Of a stretch of DNA of 64,000 nt, positions 1 through 12,280 are shown in pieces. The stretch spans positions 2,294,001 through 2,358,000 of the forward strand of contig JAQFVV010000009.1 of the NCBI GenBank assembly GCA_028023455.1, written 5' to 3'. The stretch is from Epiperipatus broadwayi (Eukaryota > Animalia > Onychophora). Position 1 is the first letter of the stretch. Each line of letters begins with the position of its first letter. The notes under the pieces are model-generated. The model saw only the letters and a list, made by a program, of their open reading frames with translations. It had not been told where the DNA came from and did not search any database. Made by a program: the position numbers and the translations under genes.

Positions 1-2329
1 TATAATATTAATAATGTTTGTAAAAAAGGAAGTCTAGTGTAGAATTGTTAAATGTGTTTTTTTTACTATTATAGTGAGAAAAAATAGTTCAGAAATATAA
101 TTTTTAAAAATTAGAAATGTAACCTAACAAGAAAAATTATCTATTCTTCATGTTCATTTCATTTCTCTCTGCGCGAGAGGAGGTTTAAAATCTCTTTATA
201 TATAAAAATTTAGACTATTGTCAGAGTGATATTTATAGTAATTAAAAATTTTTTAAAAATATTTTATAAAATTTGACATTGTATCCTTTTAAATAGTAGA
301 CACGACCCCCTCCCCCCCCCCACAAAAAAAAAACTTTAGTAAATTTCAAGTAAGTACTATATTCACACTACATTCTCATATATAATATTTTGATATATCA
401 TTTATTCCCAAACATCGATTGAATTAAAATGAATTGAAATAATTTTAATTATACGGATTAAAAAATTTCTGAGATATAAATTAATGTCAGAACAAAAGGC
501 GCAGACACCCAGACTTTATCAGTTGCTTCAAATAACGTGCATGTCCACAAACAAAAAAGTTGGATTTTTAAAATATACTTAACTGGTAAATAATTAATAA
601 TAAATAGGGGAGAGAATTATGCACTTTTGCTAACCAAACTGCTTATTAATAACTTAAATGTTTCAATATAAGTATACGAATAAACAATTATTTGCATTAA
701 CATACATATGCATTTACATATTTCAATAAACATTTGAAATAAATCAGAATTAAAAGTCTCTGAATTTATGAAGATATTCAAAACTAAATTAATATATCAA
801 TAAATCCTATATCATGGTAATGGGTAGTATTTTATAACTAGAGATGTACGGGTTTCTTGACAGTCGAAATAACTAAACGGTAGAGTGCTACAAGCACATA
901 ATTACATTTAATCCATGTTATGACAGCCCATTCTTATCATAACACTAAAACATTTTTTCTTGAAGCTAAGTATGGTGGAAAGAGAGAAAAATAAAAAATC
1001 CCCCTGCCTCCGCCCTCCAAAAAATTTCCAGATCAAATATATTTACTAAAATAACAAACTGAAAATAGATCTAATGACATTTAAAATAAAATTGATGTCA
1101 TTTTGTCAAATGAGAAAAGAAAAAATTTCACAATAAATTTAGGCAAGTTTAAAATGATACATAATGATCTTTTAAAAGAAATAAAAATTTCAAAGAGACT
1201 ACAGGAAAAAATAAAAAACCATGTATTTCCAAAACATCGAAACTGAACAAAACTTGGAGAAAAAAAACCAGATATATCTTTTTGGGATTTGTGAAATCTA
1301 AATGAAGTATTATTCATAAATAAGTTTCCTGAAAAAATCTTAAATCAAAAAGGATGAAAGTGTACTAAACGTCTAAAAGAGAGAATATTATTATTTTGAA
1401 ACCCATGAATTTAAAAATTTTCCTTTTAGTTCAGCTGTCCTGACATCATAAAAATATATTCACTTATTACAATTTTTATATTGGCTCACTAATAAAAAAG
1501 TTGAATGTGTTTATTTATATACCTGCAATGCAAACTGGTTTTCATTATGTAAAACACAAAAATGTGCAATTTTAAATTAAAAGTTTATTTTAAAAGAAAT
1601 ATGACCAAACCTTTAAACATTTGTTTATTTTTATATCTGTCATCATGACGTATATGCTCAAAGAGTATAGTTTCTGTATCATCTTTTTTTACGAAAAAAT
1701 TGAATTGTTTAAAATCAAGTCACTTATCTGAAGATCATATTCATTACATCTGCCCGTGTTGTCTAAAAGCAAAAAATTTGCAATTGTAAAATGAAAGTTT
1801 ACCAATAAAATAAATGATAACAAAAAAAGATGACAAAACATGTTCTCAAAAAACAGTTTCCATAACACATAATTTTTTTAAAAAAAGTTGACTTGTTAAA
1901 AAATCATGTCAATTTATTCATTATTGATTTTCAATATTTTATAAAATGTAAATGTAAAAAATTTTCAATTCTATCTCAAATATTTATTCTCAAAATATCA
2001 ACAGAAAAGCAATAGCAGTAAATTGCATAATCAGTCACTTTATGTCGGGATACACAAATGATGTTATTTTTATTATTAATTTTTTGTACAGCAAGATGTT
2101 TTTATTGCTAATAAATCTAAGTAATGAATTTAAATTTACTTTTTATTTAATTAATCCTTTTAAAGCAATATTCACTAATAAGTTACATTTAAATTAAACT
2201 AATTAAATATTTTTAATTTTCTTCATCTTTTCTTGTAATATTTGTTAATAAAGTGTACTAACAAATTACATTTAAATTTTATTTAATTTTATTAAATTAG
2301 TATTGTTTACAAATTTAATTTTTCTCTAA

Positions 2330-3360
2330 TTAATAATATTTTTTTAAGCAACAACGATTGGAATATTTTTGAAGCATTTCTCCTTGTTATCTTTATAATT
2401 ACAAGCATATAATTAAATGACTATTTATATTTATAAAATTTCTAAATTGAAAAGGATCATGGACTAAAAAATTTGGAATAACAGTATTTATCTGTATTAC
2501 AAAGATATCAACCAATAATCTTTTGATGAGAGGCATTTTATATCAAACTTTCAATAATGAAAGATAAGATCAGATAATAAGTACTGACAAATGAAGTATT
2601 CTTAATATTTTACACATTAAGGAAAAAATCAACTTTTATTTCTATATCAAAGAAAGGCAACTTGATAGATTATTACCATATCTTTTACATCATATGCAAA
2701 TAAAATTATTCTACAAACCATACAATTTAAATTAGATCCAGATTTACAAGTTGGTGCTACTGGATAGTTGTAAAGACCAAAAAATACTTAATAGAAGCAT
2801 ATATTCCTATTACTGATTATATCAAATTTGTCTATGCTAATTTTTAAAGTGATGTTTGGAAAATGAATGCATTTAAGCATTTCATTATTTTCATTAAAAA
2901 AATCTATATATGGGATTAAAATTGGATAATAACAAATGTAGTCTCAGATTTAGAATTATAAGTGAAACATCAACCATTTTAGATATACTAATAACACTAT
3001 ATTTATAGTTGAAAATATAATCCAAATTCTCATTAATAAAGTTAAAGAACCATGCAAAAATGTGAGATCATCAGTAATTATGAAAATTAAAATTATGATA
3101 GTCATCTTAAAATTAATAATGAAGCATAAAAATGAGTGATAATTTTTCATTTTTAGTTCATTTCAATCTTAAAACAACCATTATTAGTTGAAAGATTCAT
3201 CACAGTCTAACACTAGGTAAAGTTACAATGAAAAATCTGAAAAAGAGTTTTAGATATATAGATATATCTTTAAAAATGCTTATGTTACAGTATTTTTGTG
3301 ACTTTCTGTGGAAACTTGGACACTGAAAAAGAGTAATAATAAAAATATTAATGCTGATAA
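2330..3360 (-). pseudogene. Putative second divergent ionotropic receptor (IR)-like pseudogene: N-terminal and S1 remnant
   Basis: Stop- and frameshift-broken minus-strand translation: signal-peptide-like SALIFLLLLFFSVQVS, then IFIITDDLTFLHGSLTLLMRIWIIFSTINIVLL, then S1-like GSNLNCMVCRIILFAYDV ... EYFICQYLLSDLIF ... VDIFVIQINTV. Assignment is by resemblance only. Confidence 0.3.
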
Positions 3361-3399
3361 AGACTTTTGAGAATTCCATGGACTTCAAAGAAAATGAAC

Positions 3400-4560
3400 A
3401 AGAGAATACTGCATCAGATTAGTTCTGAATTTTTGCTAAAGCACTAACAATCAGGTTTAAATTATCCTATTTTTGACTATATCAGAGATAACCTAATTTA
3501 TTATAAAAGTATATAACACTTGTAAAGATTGTTGATGAAAAAATAATAATAATTACACTTAAGATTAATAAAGTTTGTGTCTTCCAGCAATCTAAAAACA
3601 AAATCTGATTACAGGATATACTAGAAATGTTTTTCATGTTATTACAAAAATAAATGTCAAGTTTATGGCATTTAGTAATAAAAATAGTGGTAGTATTACT
3701 ACTAGTTGTAATAGAAGAAGAAATCATGCTAATATCTTGATTAAAATTCAAAAACGGAAATCATAAAAATCATCAGAATTTAAGGAATAAGCAATAAGTG
3801 TCTTTGCAGAACGAGGATGTGCTCCTAAAAAATCTTACTACAATTTGAGATCATTTATCTGTTTCAGAGGTTTTTATTCATATGTGTGATAGAAGAAGAA
3901 GAAACAGATAATACCTAAAAAAAAAAAAAGAATGAAGTTGAATTAATAACATGATGTAGTTATGTTTAATAAAAGAATAGATATATTACTCTTTAACTGA
4001 GTTTAAAGTTTATGCCTGGGCCATGAATGCTATGATACTCTTTAGTCCAATGACTGATTAATGTCAAAGATGTGAATGCAGCAAGTTTGACACTTGTAGA
4101 TAAAATTATAGAGAACTATTAAGGCTATGATTTAAATGTAGGAAATAAACGATAAATAACTAGATAAAATCTGATTTTAAAAATGGAATTTCTGTGTTAG
4201 ATAAAAATGAGCCAAAAATCGTATTTTAGTACTAAATAAAGTAGATGGAAATGAAGCAACTTTCTACTTTAGCTCCATCTACAGTAACTTGAGTAGTCTG
4301 TGATTACCAGAAAATGGCTATACTGCATCAGATCTATACAAATATTTAAAATATTGGCTTAGGTTCAAAATCTTAGAGTATTTTAAGTTTCAGGATTTTA
4401 GATTCAATAATAAAAATTGAATTAAATATGGTTGTTAGATGCATAACTGCATTACTTCCAAATTTGGATTCCAAATCTTTGTGGACAAAAATAAAATCCA
4501 GAAACATGATCTGGAGACGGTAATTTCAATTTAGCATTATTTTTAACCGTATTCTCCAAA
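3400..4560 (-). pseudogene. Divergent ionotropic receptor (IR)-like pseudogene
   Basis: Motifs occur in IR order and spacing across frameshifts: S1-like GSNAVMHLTTIFNSIFII; M1-like EIPFLKSDFI*LFIVYF (~4190-4144); pore-like EYHSIHGPGINFKLS; M3-like RVIYLFFY*T*LHHVINST (from 3992); YE*KPLKQINDLKL (~3880); S2-like DFVFRLLEDTNFIN (~3600). Confidence 0.5.
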
Positions 4561-5059
4561 AACTATACTTTTATAAATGAAATTAGCAATAAAAAAGTTT
4601 GTTAAGAAGTCGGAAATAAAATTTTACTGGTGAATTAGAAGATATTATTTTAAATTAGAACAATGGATTGCAGCTGTGATTTTTTACAATTAAAAAGATT
4701 TAAAGCAGATAAATAAAAATTCGAAAAACATCTCGTTTTCAAATAAGATTGCAGACCCTTCTTGTAATATTTATTTGGCACCGCCGCTGTCTTTAATTTC
4801 CAAAGAATTGATTATAGGACTTCACGTACACGATTTGCATAAAGTTTGCTTAGACCTAAGACACTAATAAATATTCAATGAAAAAAGATTATTATTTATT
4901 ATAATTTAAAAATATTTAAGTTTAATTGAAAATTTTACACAAATGAAAAACCCAATATAGTAATTACTGAATCACATTAACGCATCTATTTGTTTATATT
5001 CATTGGTTATATGGAATTTATATATATGTAAAAAGTAACATAGCCTTAATTATGCAAAG

Positions 5060-5200
5060 GCCTTTTCACCAGTTTCTCTTAGAGAAAGAGTGAGGGAAAA
5101 AGCATTCTTTCAATTCTCAAATCCATTACTCCTTCACTGGGCCAAATCACAGAGGATATTACATGCATAAACACCATATCATTTTCACATTCTGTAAACT
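5060..5200 (-). mobile_element. Possible Tc1/mariner transposase fragment
   Basis: Minus frame MVFMHVISSVIWPSEGVMDLRIERMLFPSL resembles the Tc1 MVWGCIS..EG.M..IL..LLPS segment; short. Confidence 0.25.
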
Positions 5201-5683
5201 ACCTATAATTTTCTGTTTCTCATAAATTGTGTGAATAATTTCAATGAATAACAGCTTCTTATTTTGTGTCTTTATTTCTTGAATATGATTGTTTTTTTAG
5301 GGAAGAACTGGGTACTGTGGGCTGTTTTTTTTTTAAATTTTCTTAATTTATAATGCTGAATGCAAGAACAGTTATCACTTATAGAGAAAAAATGGAAGTA
5401 TTTTTTTAATAAAAAATGTATCATTTTCATTAATAATATCTCATTTCCAAGAAATGTAATTTATTTATTAAATAATTAACATATAAAACTATTAATTGTC
5501 ATTTATCCCAATTAATATTAGTAGTTATAATCAGATAAACTGCTGAAATCATCTTTTTAAATGTATAGTATTTTTTTAAATTGAGAATAAATCGATAGAC
5601 ACAAACACACACATATATATATATAATTATATAATTGAATATTTGTAAATACAATAACTAAATAATTAAAAAAATTTTATCCA

Positions 5684-5727
5684 CTTAGGAGTACTTTCGA
5701 TTATTCCAGTAATCTTTGTCAATTATA
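5684..5727 (-). ncRNA. Minimal hammerhead ribozyme-like motif, U3-A8 core variant, stem I degenerate
   Basis: Minus strand reads UUGACAA-A-GAUUA(CUGGAA)UAAUC-GAAA-GUAC-UC: perfect 5-bp stem II, GAAA, palindromic GUAC stem III, CUC triplet. Confidence 0.5.
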
Positions 5728-6125
5728 TATATATGCAAGCAGTTTCTACATATGTATATGAGGTGTTCTTAGATTTCTTGTTTTACTGAAACTTTACATA
5801 AAACATATTTGTTTATTTAAGTGCATGTTTACTAATCAAATTGATAACAAATATAAAAATTATTTGACAACTGAAAATAAGCATTATAGAATAGTATTTC
5901 ACTAGTGATGCTTACATAACATGAGATAAACAGGAATGAAATCTATGCTATGCTGATCTATAAAATGGCATTTTTTTTACCTTTTTCCTGCTCTTTATAT
6001 TTGATGAAGATTGTTTTTGTAATCTAGATTTGTGTCAGTGATATTTACATGGTAAAGAACTGCATGGATGTATTAATATATTTTTGTAAATTAATAAGTT
6101 TTACCAGATATTATATCTGTTTGAG

Positions 6126-6450
6126 TTTATTTTATAAAAACTACAGTCAGAAGATATAAACTATGACTAATGAAAACAGTAAACTTTTTGCATCTAAAAG
6201 GGACATCTCTTTTAAATACATTCTTTTGATATTTATAGAGATAAAGTGTTACAGTAAACATAGGCATGTTAAAAAAAACATTATAATAGTCTTCTACCAA
6301 GAGTTGCTTATTATAGCACTTTATCTCTATCAATATTAAGAGAATGCATTTAAAAGAGGTGTCCCTTTTAGATGCAAAAAAGTGTTTTCAATTCATTATT
6401 TTCATTGATCACTGTCTATATCATCTGACTGTCATTTTTATAAAATAAAA
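6126..6450. repeat. Imperfect fold-back (MITE-like) inverted repeat
   Basis: 6126-6250 is the reverse complement of ~6320-6450, e.g. TGCATCTAAAAGGGAC versus GTCCCTTTTAGATGCA and TTTTATAAAAACTACAGTCAGA versus TCTGACTGTCATTTTTATAAAA. Confidence 0.7.
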
Positions 6451-9290
6451 TAGATATTTCCATGTTCTTAAAAATATTTCAATAACTACATCTGTTAAGA
6501 ATTATTAATTTATAACATTCAACTCTTGATGGAAGAGACTATTATAATAAGAAAAAATAGGGAAGGTTGTGAGACTGTTTTCATAAGCATTTATATGTTT
6601 ACTACAACAATCTATCTCTATAAATATCAAGAAAATGCATTTTAAAAAAGAATACTTACATATTAGTCTGGTAATAATTTTCTAATCTTGCAATCTTGGA
6701 AAATAACATCTACATGGGAGCTTCTGATAAGCTTAATTGATTAATTAAAGATATATTTGAAAAAATAATGACCTATAACTTTATTTACTGGAAATAATAC
6801 AAAAACACATTTAAGTTTTTTGCAAAAAACCATCTAACACCATATAAACTTATAAAGATTTTTTACTTTGAAAAATGGTCATCTATAACTTTATTTAGTG
6901 AAAATGAAACAACCATGCATTGACATTTTTTGCAAGAAATGGTTTTCCAACAAGTAAACTTTTAACAATCTATATTTATTACAAGTAGTAATCAAACAAA
7001 AAATTAATATACATATATTTAACCATGCAATTTTGTCCATTTACAAAAGGTTATTTTTAGCATCATCGTGATAGGCTGAAATTTCCTACCTTGAATCACA
7101 TTCCATTATGAATGGCTACTCTCTTTCAACAATCCTGAACAAAACAGCACTATTCACTTATAGATATAAAGTGTGATCTCATGAGCATTTGTGCAGACTT
7201 TTTGTGAAAGCAAAATGCCAGTTTTGAAAATAATGGATTCCACCATCCTTGATAGTAGGCAATTGCCAAATTTTAATCATTTAGTTTGGGGGAAAATAGT
7301 ATGCGGATTCACTATGGCAAGAATTAAAGATGGACAATAAATCATGTGTACATGTTCCTTTCTACAGTTCATTGATTATTCATGCCAACATTTTTTATGA
7401 TATCACCACATAGTTTCAAATCATAAAACTAGCAGCAAAACCAATATTTTGACTAATAATTTTTTCCTCATCAAAATATTATCTAATATTCACTTTCAAA
7501 ATTAAATCATTTCCTTTTTAGAAGATTATAAAGTTGTTTAATTTGATCTTTATATGCATTTGTTTGTTCCAGCAACTTTTGTCACCACTGGACTAATATT
7601 TAAGTACCAAAAGAAGTTCCCCTTTAAGCTGCAAAAATTGTTTACAGTTTATTATTTTCATTGGTCATGATTTATATCATCTGATTGTGATTTTTATAAA
7701 ATAAAATAGAACAGATATTTACATGTTCTTAAAAATATTTCAGCAATAACATCTGTTAAAATTTATTAATTTGTAACATTCAACTCTTGGTGGAAAAGTC
7801 TATTATAATAAGGAAAAATAGGAAAAGTTGTAAGACTGTTTTCTTAAACATTTATATATTTACTACAACACTTTATCTCTATAAATATCACTAGAATGCA
7901 TTGAAAGAAGTGTATTTATCTATTAGTCTAACAATAATTTTCTAATATTGTGTTCTTGGAAATAACTGACAAATTTAATCAAACAATTAAAGATTTGGAA
8001 AAATGATGACCTATAACTTTGTTTAGTGGAAGTGATACAAATGTCTACAAACATACATTTAGATTTTTTGTGAGAAATTATTTTTCACAATCTAAACTTA
8101 TAAAGATTTTTTAGTTTGAAAAATGATTATTTATAGCTTTTTAGTGGAAATAAAACAAACACACATTTATGCTTTTGTGAGAAATGATCTTCCAACAAGT
8201 AAACTTTTAGCAATCTACATTTATTATAAGTGGTAATCAAATAATAAAAATAATATACATATATTTAACCATGAAATTCTGTCCATTTACAAAATGTTGT
8301 TTTATAGCATCATTGTGGCAGACTGAAGTTTCTTACCTGGAACCATACTTCATTTCATTCAGGATTGTCAAAAGAGAGCATCCATTTGTAATAGCACTAC
8401 TCAACTGTGGATCCTAAGTGTAATTTCATGGCCATTTGTGAAGACATTTTGTGAGTGCAGGCTGCCACAGGTTTGAAAATAGTGGACTGCATTGTCCTTG
8501 GTAACAGGAAGTTTCCAAATTTTAATTATTTAATTATAGAAAAAAATACTATGCACATTGTCTTTGGCAAGAATTAGTTAGACAGTAAACCACGTGTATA
8601 CATTTCTTTCTCCAGATCATTGATTACTCATGCTGGCGTTTTTTCATGACATCATTACATAGTTTAAATTGTAAAATTATCAGCAAAACCAACATTTTGA
8701 TTAAAAACTTTCTCCTCATCAAAATACTATTTAATATTCACTTACAAAATTAATTCATTTCCTTTTTAGAAAATTGTAAATGTGTTTAATTCAATCCTTA
8801 TAAACACATTTGTTTGTGCCATTGTCTTTCATCACCACTTAGTCTAATATGTAAGTGCCAAAAGAAGTTCCCATTTTAGATACATAAAGTGTTTACAGTT
8901 TATTATTTTCATTGGTTACTGTCTATATTGTCTTACTATGATTTTTATAAAATAAAATAGAACAGATATTTCCATGTTCTTAAAAATATTTCACTAATAA
9001 CATCTGTTAGAAATTATTAATTTATAACATTCAACTCTAGGTGGAAGAGTCCATTATAATGAGGAAAAATAGAGAAAGTTGCAAGATCTTGTTTTTTTTT
9101 AAACATTTATATGCGTACTGTACCATTTTATCTCTTCAAGAGAATGCATTTAAAAAAGGTTCCCCTTTTATATGCAAAAAATATTTACAGTTTACTGTTT
9201 TATTGATCATTATCTATATCATCTGACTGTGATTTTTATAAAATAAAATAGAACAGGTATTTCCACATTCTTAAAAATATTTCAATATAT
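6345..9290 (+). repeat. Tandem ~1.25 kb duplication (2 copies) plus extra ~0.3 kb subunits
   Basis: Anchor TTTTATAAAATAAAATAG(AACAG)ATATTTCCATG recurs at ~6436, ~7692, ~8942 and ~9235 (periods ~1256, ~1250, ~293); the intervening sequences align throughout. Confidence 0.9.
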
Positions 9291-11255
9291 ATAGAGTTAG
9301 AAATATAAACTCATAACTTTAACACTCTATCATATTCCATGCAATAATGTCTTCCAGGGTCAATGCTATCAAATATAATGAATGAAAATGAAATCACTTT
9401 CATTCATTTTCAAAGATCTTATATGGATATTTAAATTGACTATAACACTTATGAGCTTCAAATTTAAATCAGCAGGTATGATTATGCAGCCTCTTTCAAA
9501 TAGGCTTTGAATTAATTTGCAAAGATAGTATTAATTGCTACACATTTTAATAATCTTGTAATAAAATATTAATCATCTTTGTAGGTTAAATTCCTTACTA
9601 ATATAAAATTTAGTGAGATACATTCTTAATTTAAATACATTGTTATATTTAATTCTATGCCCTCCAGTATCAGAGCTATCAAATGCACAAATAAAAATAA
9701 AATCACTTATATGGATGCTTTCTTATGTGGACATTTATAAATTGTAATATTAGTAAGCACATAAATTAAAATCAGTAAAGATATCCATCCAGCTTAACTC
9801 AAATTGTCTATATAAAATTTTGCAAAGTGAATATGATTTCATTTTCATTTATGTATTTAAAAATTTAGATACTAGAGAGTGCTGCATTTAATGTGAGAGC
9901 AAATTTAAAATAGGAATTTATTCTCCTGGCTATATTTAATATTATTGAGTGTTGTTTACTTTAACTTTATATATGAATATATACCCCACATAAACATACT
10001 ATATATGTTGTGTAAGCCAGAATTAATATGAGAAGTATGATTAGAATCTAAAAAATTAAATTTGATCTATTAAAGTGCTACATTTAACTTCAACAAAACT
10101 TCATACAGTTATTGCAGTAGTAAGAGTGTATTGTTAATAGCTAAATATTTCTGAATAAATTCCCAATTCACACAAAAAAAACCCTCATTTGATTAAATGA
10201 ATGAAATTGTTAAGCTTAGCCTATCGCATTGTGGTTCAAATGTTGCTGACCTCTCAAGCAGCTGACCACGTAATTTAATGTTATTCAATTCCAACAATAT
10301 TTCAATCTCTTCTATTATTTATATCAATAAAAAGATTACATATATGTTTTTTATTCTTTAGTAAATATTTGTCACTACTGAAATTTCAATTTATTTTAAA
10401 GTTTACATTTTGAAAAAGTATTCTGCTAGTCATATTAATAAACTTCTACACTTTTCTTTTATCTTTTAGATACACTTTAATCATTGTATGAAAATAACAT
10501 TGAAAATTATTCGCATATAAAACAGTCAATTTTAAAATTTCAAATATATATATATCGCTTTTATTTTTCAAAACTTCTGATATTAAGTTTACTCAGCTTC
10601 TGTAGCTTTTTTTGACAACTATTTGAATGGTTTAGTAATTTTTAAAACTGCTCTTAATAAAAATATAATGCATTAGCTATTATTTCACTATTATTCGTCT
10701 TTTCTCTAAACAATGATTGTTTTATTTACAAAAGATAATAGTACCATTTAAATTCTAAAATAGTGTGTTACATATCTTTCTGGCTTGTTTCTGTGAATTC
10801 AGTTTTCATTAGAAAGATATGATTCAAATCAATTTTCGCTAATTATAGTTTTAAATTTAAAATTAGAAATTTAAACTAATTGTATTCCATCAAAATTATA
10901 GTAAAAATAATTGAAAACACTAATAAAGAAATAAAGATTTTTATTATTAAAATTGATTTCTTGAATTGAATTGCTATATATTTGCTATTGAAGTTAGATT
11001 ACTATTTAAAGTTTTATTTATTTTTAAAACAATGGTATTGTTTCTATAACATATATATATATGTATTTGATTTTTAGCATTTAAATTATTAAATATCAAA
11101 TTGCATCGTAAATTTATGCACAATTTAAAATTGAGATGCTAAAATATATTGAAGTAATAATGGAAGTCAATAATAAATCATCACCATTGATGATCAATAG
11201 TTATTATTAAGTATAGAACAATCCCATTATCTTTTGAAACTATATTCTGAAGCTC

Positions 11256-11365
11256 TGTGTGGTCTAGCATAATGGTAAAATAGCAGTTTAAGAATTAAAG
11301 ATTCAACCTACCACTTCTGATACTTGAGTAGCACACGACTTTCCAATCAACTAATCATTCAATTA
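11256..11365 (+). mobile_element. Degenerate tRNA-derived SINE-like repeat, copy 1
   Basis: A-box-like TAGCATAATGGTAAAA; shares CACTTCTG...ATCAACTAATCATT with the copy at 12160. Confidence 0.35.
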
Positions 11366-12159
11366 TTTATATATATGTTGGAATATAATCTTAGTTTTAT
11401 TTATAATTTAATAAAAAGCTTTATATTCAATGCTTTCATGGTCTAATTTAAAACTAAATTATTTATCTGAATTATAAATTGTTTATTATTAAAATTCAAT
11501 AGTTAGTTATGTTTTTATACTATGTAGTTTCATCGATTATTAAATAGCCTTTGAAATGTATTAAATTTTGGTGATAATGCAAAACGAAAAGATTATATAA
11601 ATATTCATAATTGTATTTGCTAATTGCATATTCACTTATAATCTAAAATACTCCTCCACTTTAAAAACCATAACATATATTAATCTTGACGCATCAAAAA
11701 GTAAAAGAACTGAACCATGATTAGATGCGTCAAAAACAGAGTCTGCTACTCCACCATTGCATCAAATCACATAGATAATTTAATAAAAAATTAAAAAATA
11801 TACAATTTCACATTATAAAATAATAGCAAATAAAAGGATTGAAGAAACAATATATACATACATATAAATAATCATTGATAATATGCAACATATATAAAAT
11901 GTTTATGACTACTGAGTTCATTTTCAGCTGTTAATCATTTTTAGAAAATACTATAAATTAGCACTTTTTATAATTAGTACACATCATCTCACTTTGCATT
12001 TTTTGGGAACACAATACATTTATTTATTTGGATATGATTATGTAAAAAGACTTTTAAATGTTTTTTCTGGTATCGTAATCAATATTCAAAATTGATATTT
12101 TTTTTTCAATACTAAAGTTATCTCTGCTTTCGGCATGCATAAATTACACATAGAAATCC

Positions 12160-12280
12160 TGTATGTTTAGTGCAGTGGTAAAATGATACTCAAAACTAAA
12201 AGTTTTTAAATCAGTCTCAGTCTATCACTTCTGGTGCTTCAATATCATGTGATCTCTTAATCAACTAATCATTTGATTCT
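12160..12280 (+). mobile_element. Degenerate tRNA-derived SINE-like repeat, copy 2
   Basis: A-box-like TAGTGCAGTGGTAAAA; homologous to 11256. A third TAATGCAGTGGTAAAG head lies on the minus strand near 16405. Confidence 0.35.

Noticed and set aside
836-885. GACAGTCGAAA resembling the 32050 hammerhead half
   Set aside because: Upstream core reads CUAGAGA and stem II does not pair cleanly; at best a heavily decayed relic.
2330-4560. Mitochondrial insertion (NUMT) as explanation for the hydrophobic frames with TGA codons
   Set aside because: TAA/TAG stops are also frequent and no mitochondrial protein motif is recognisable.
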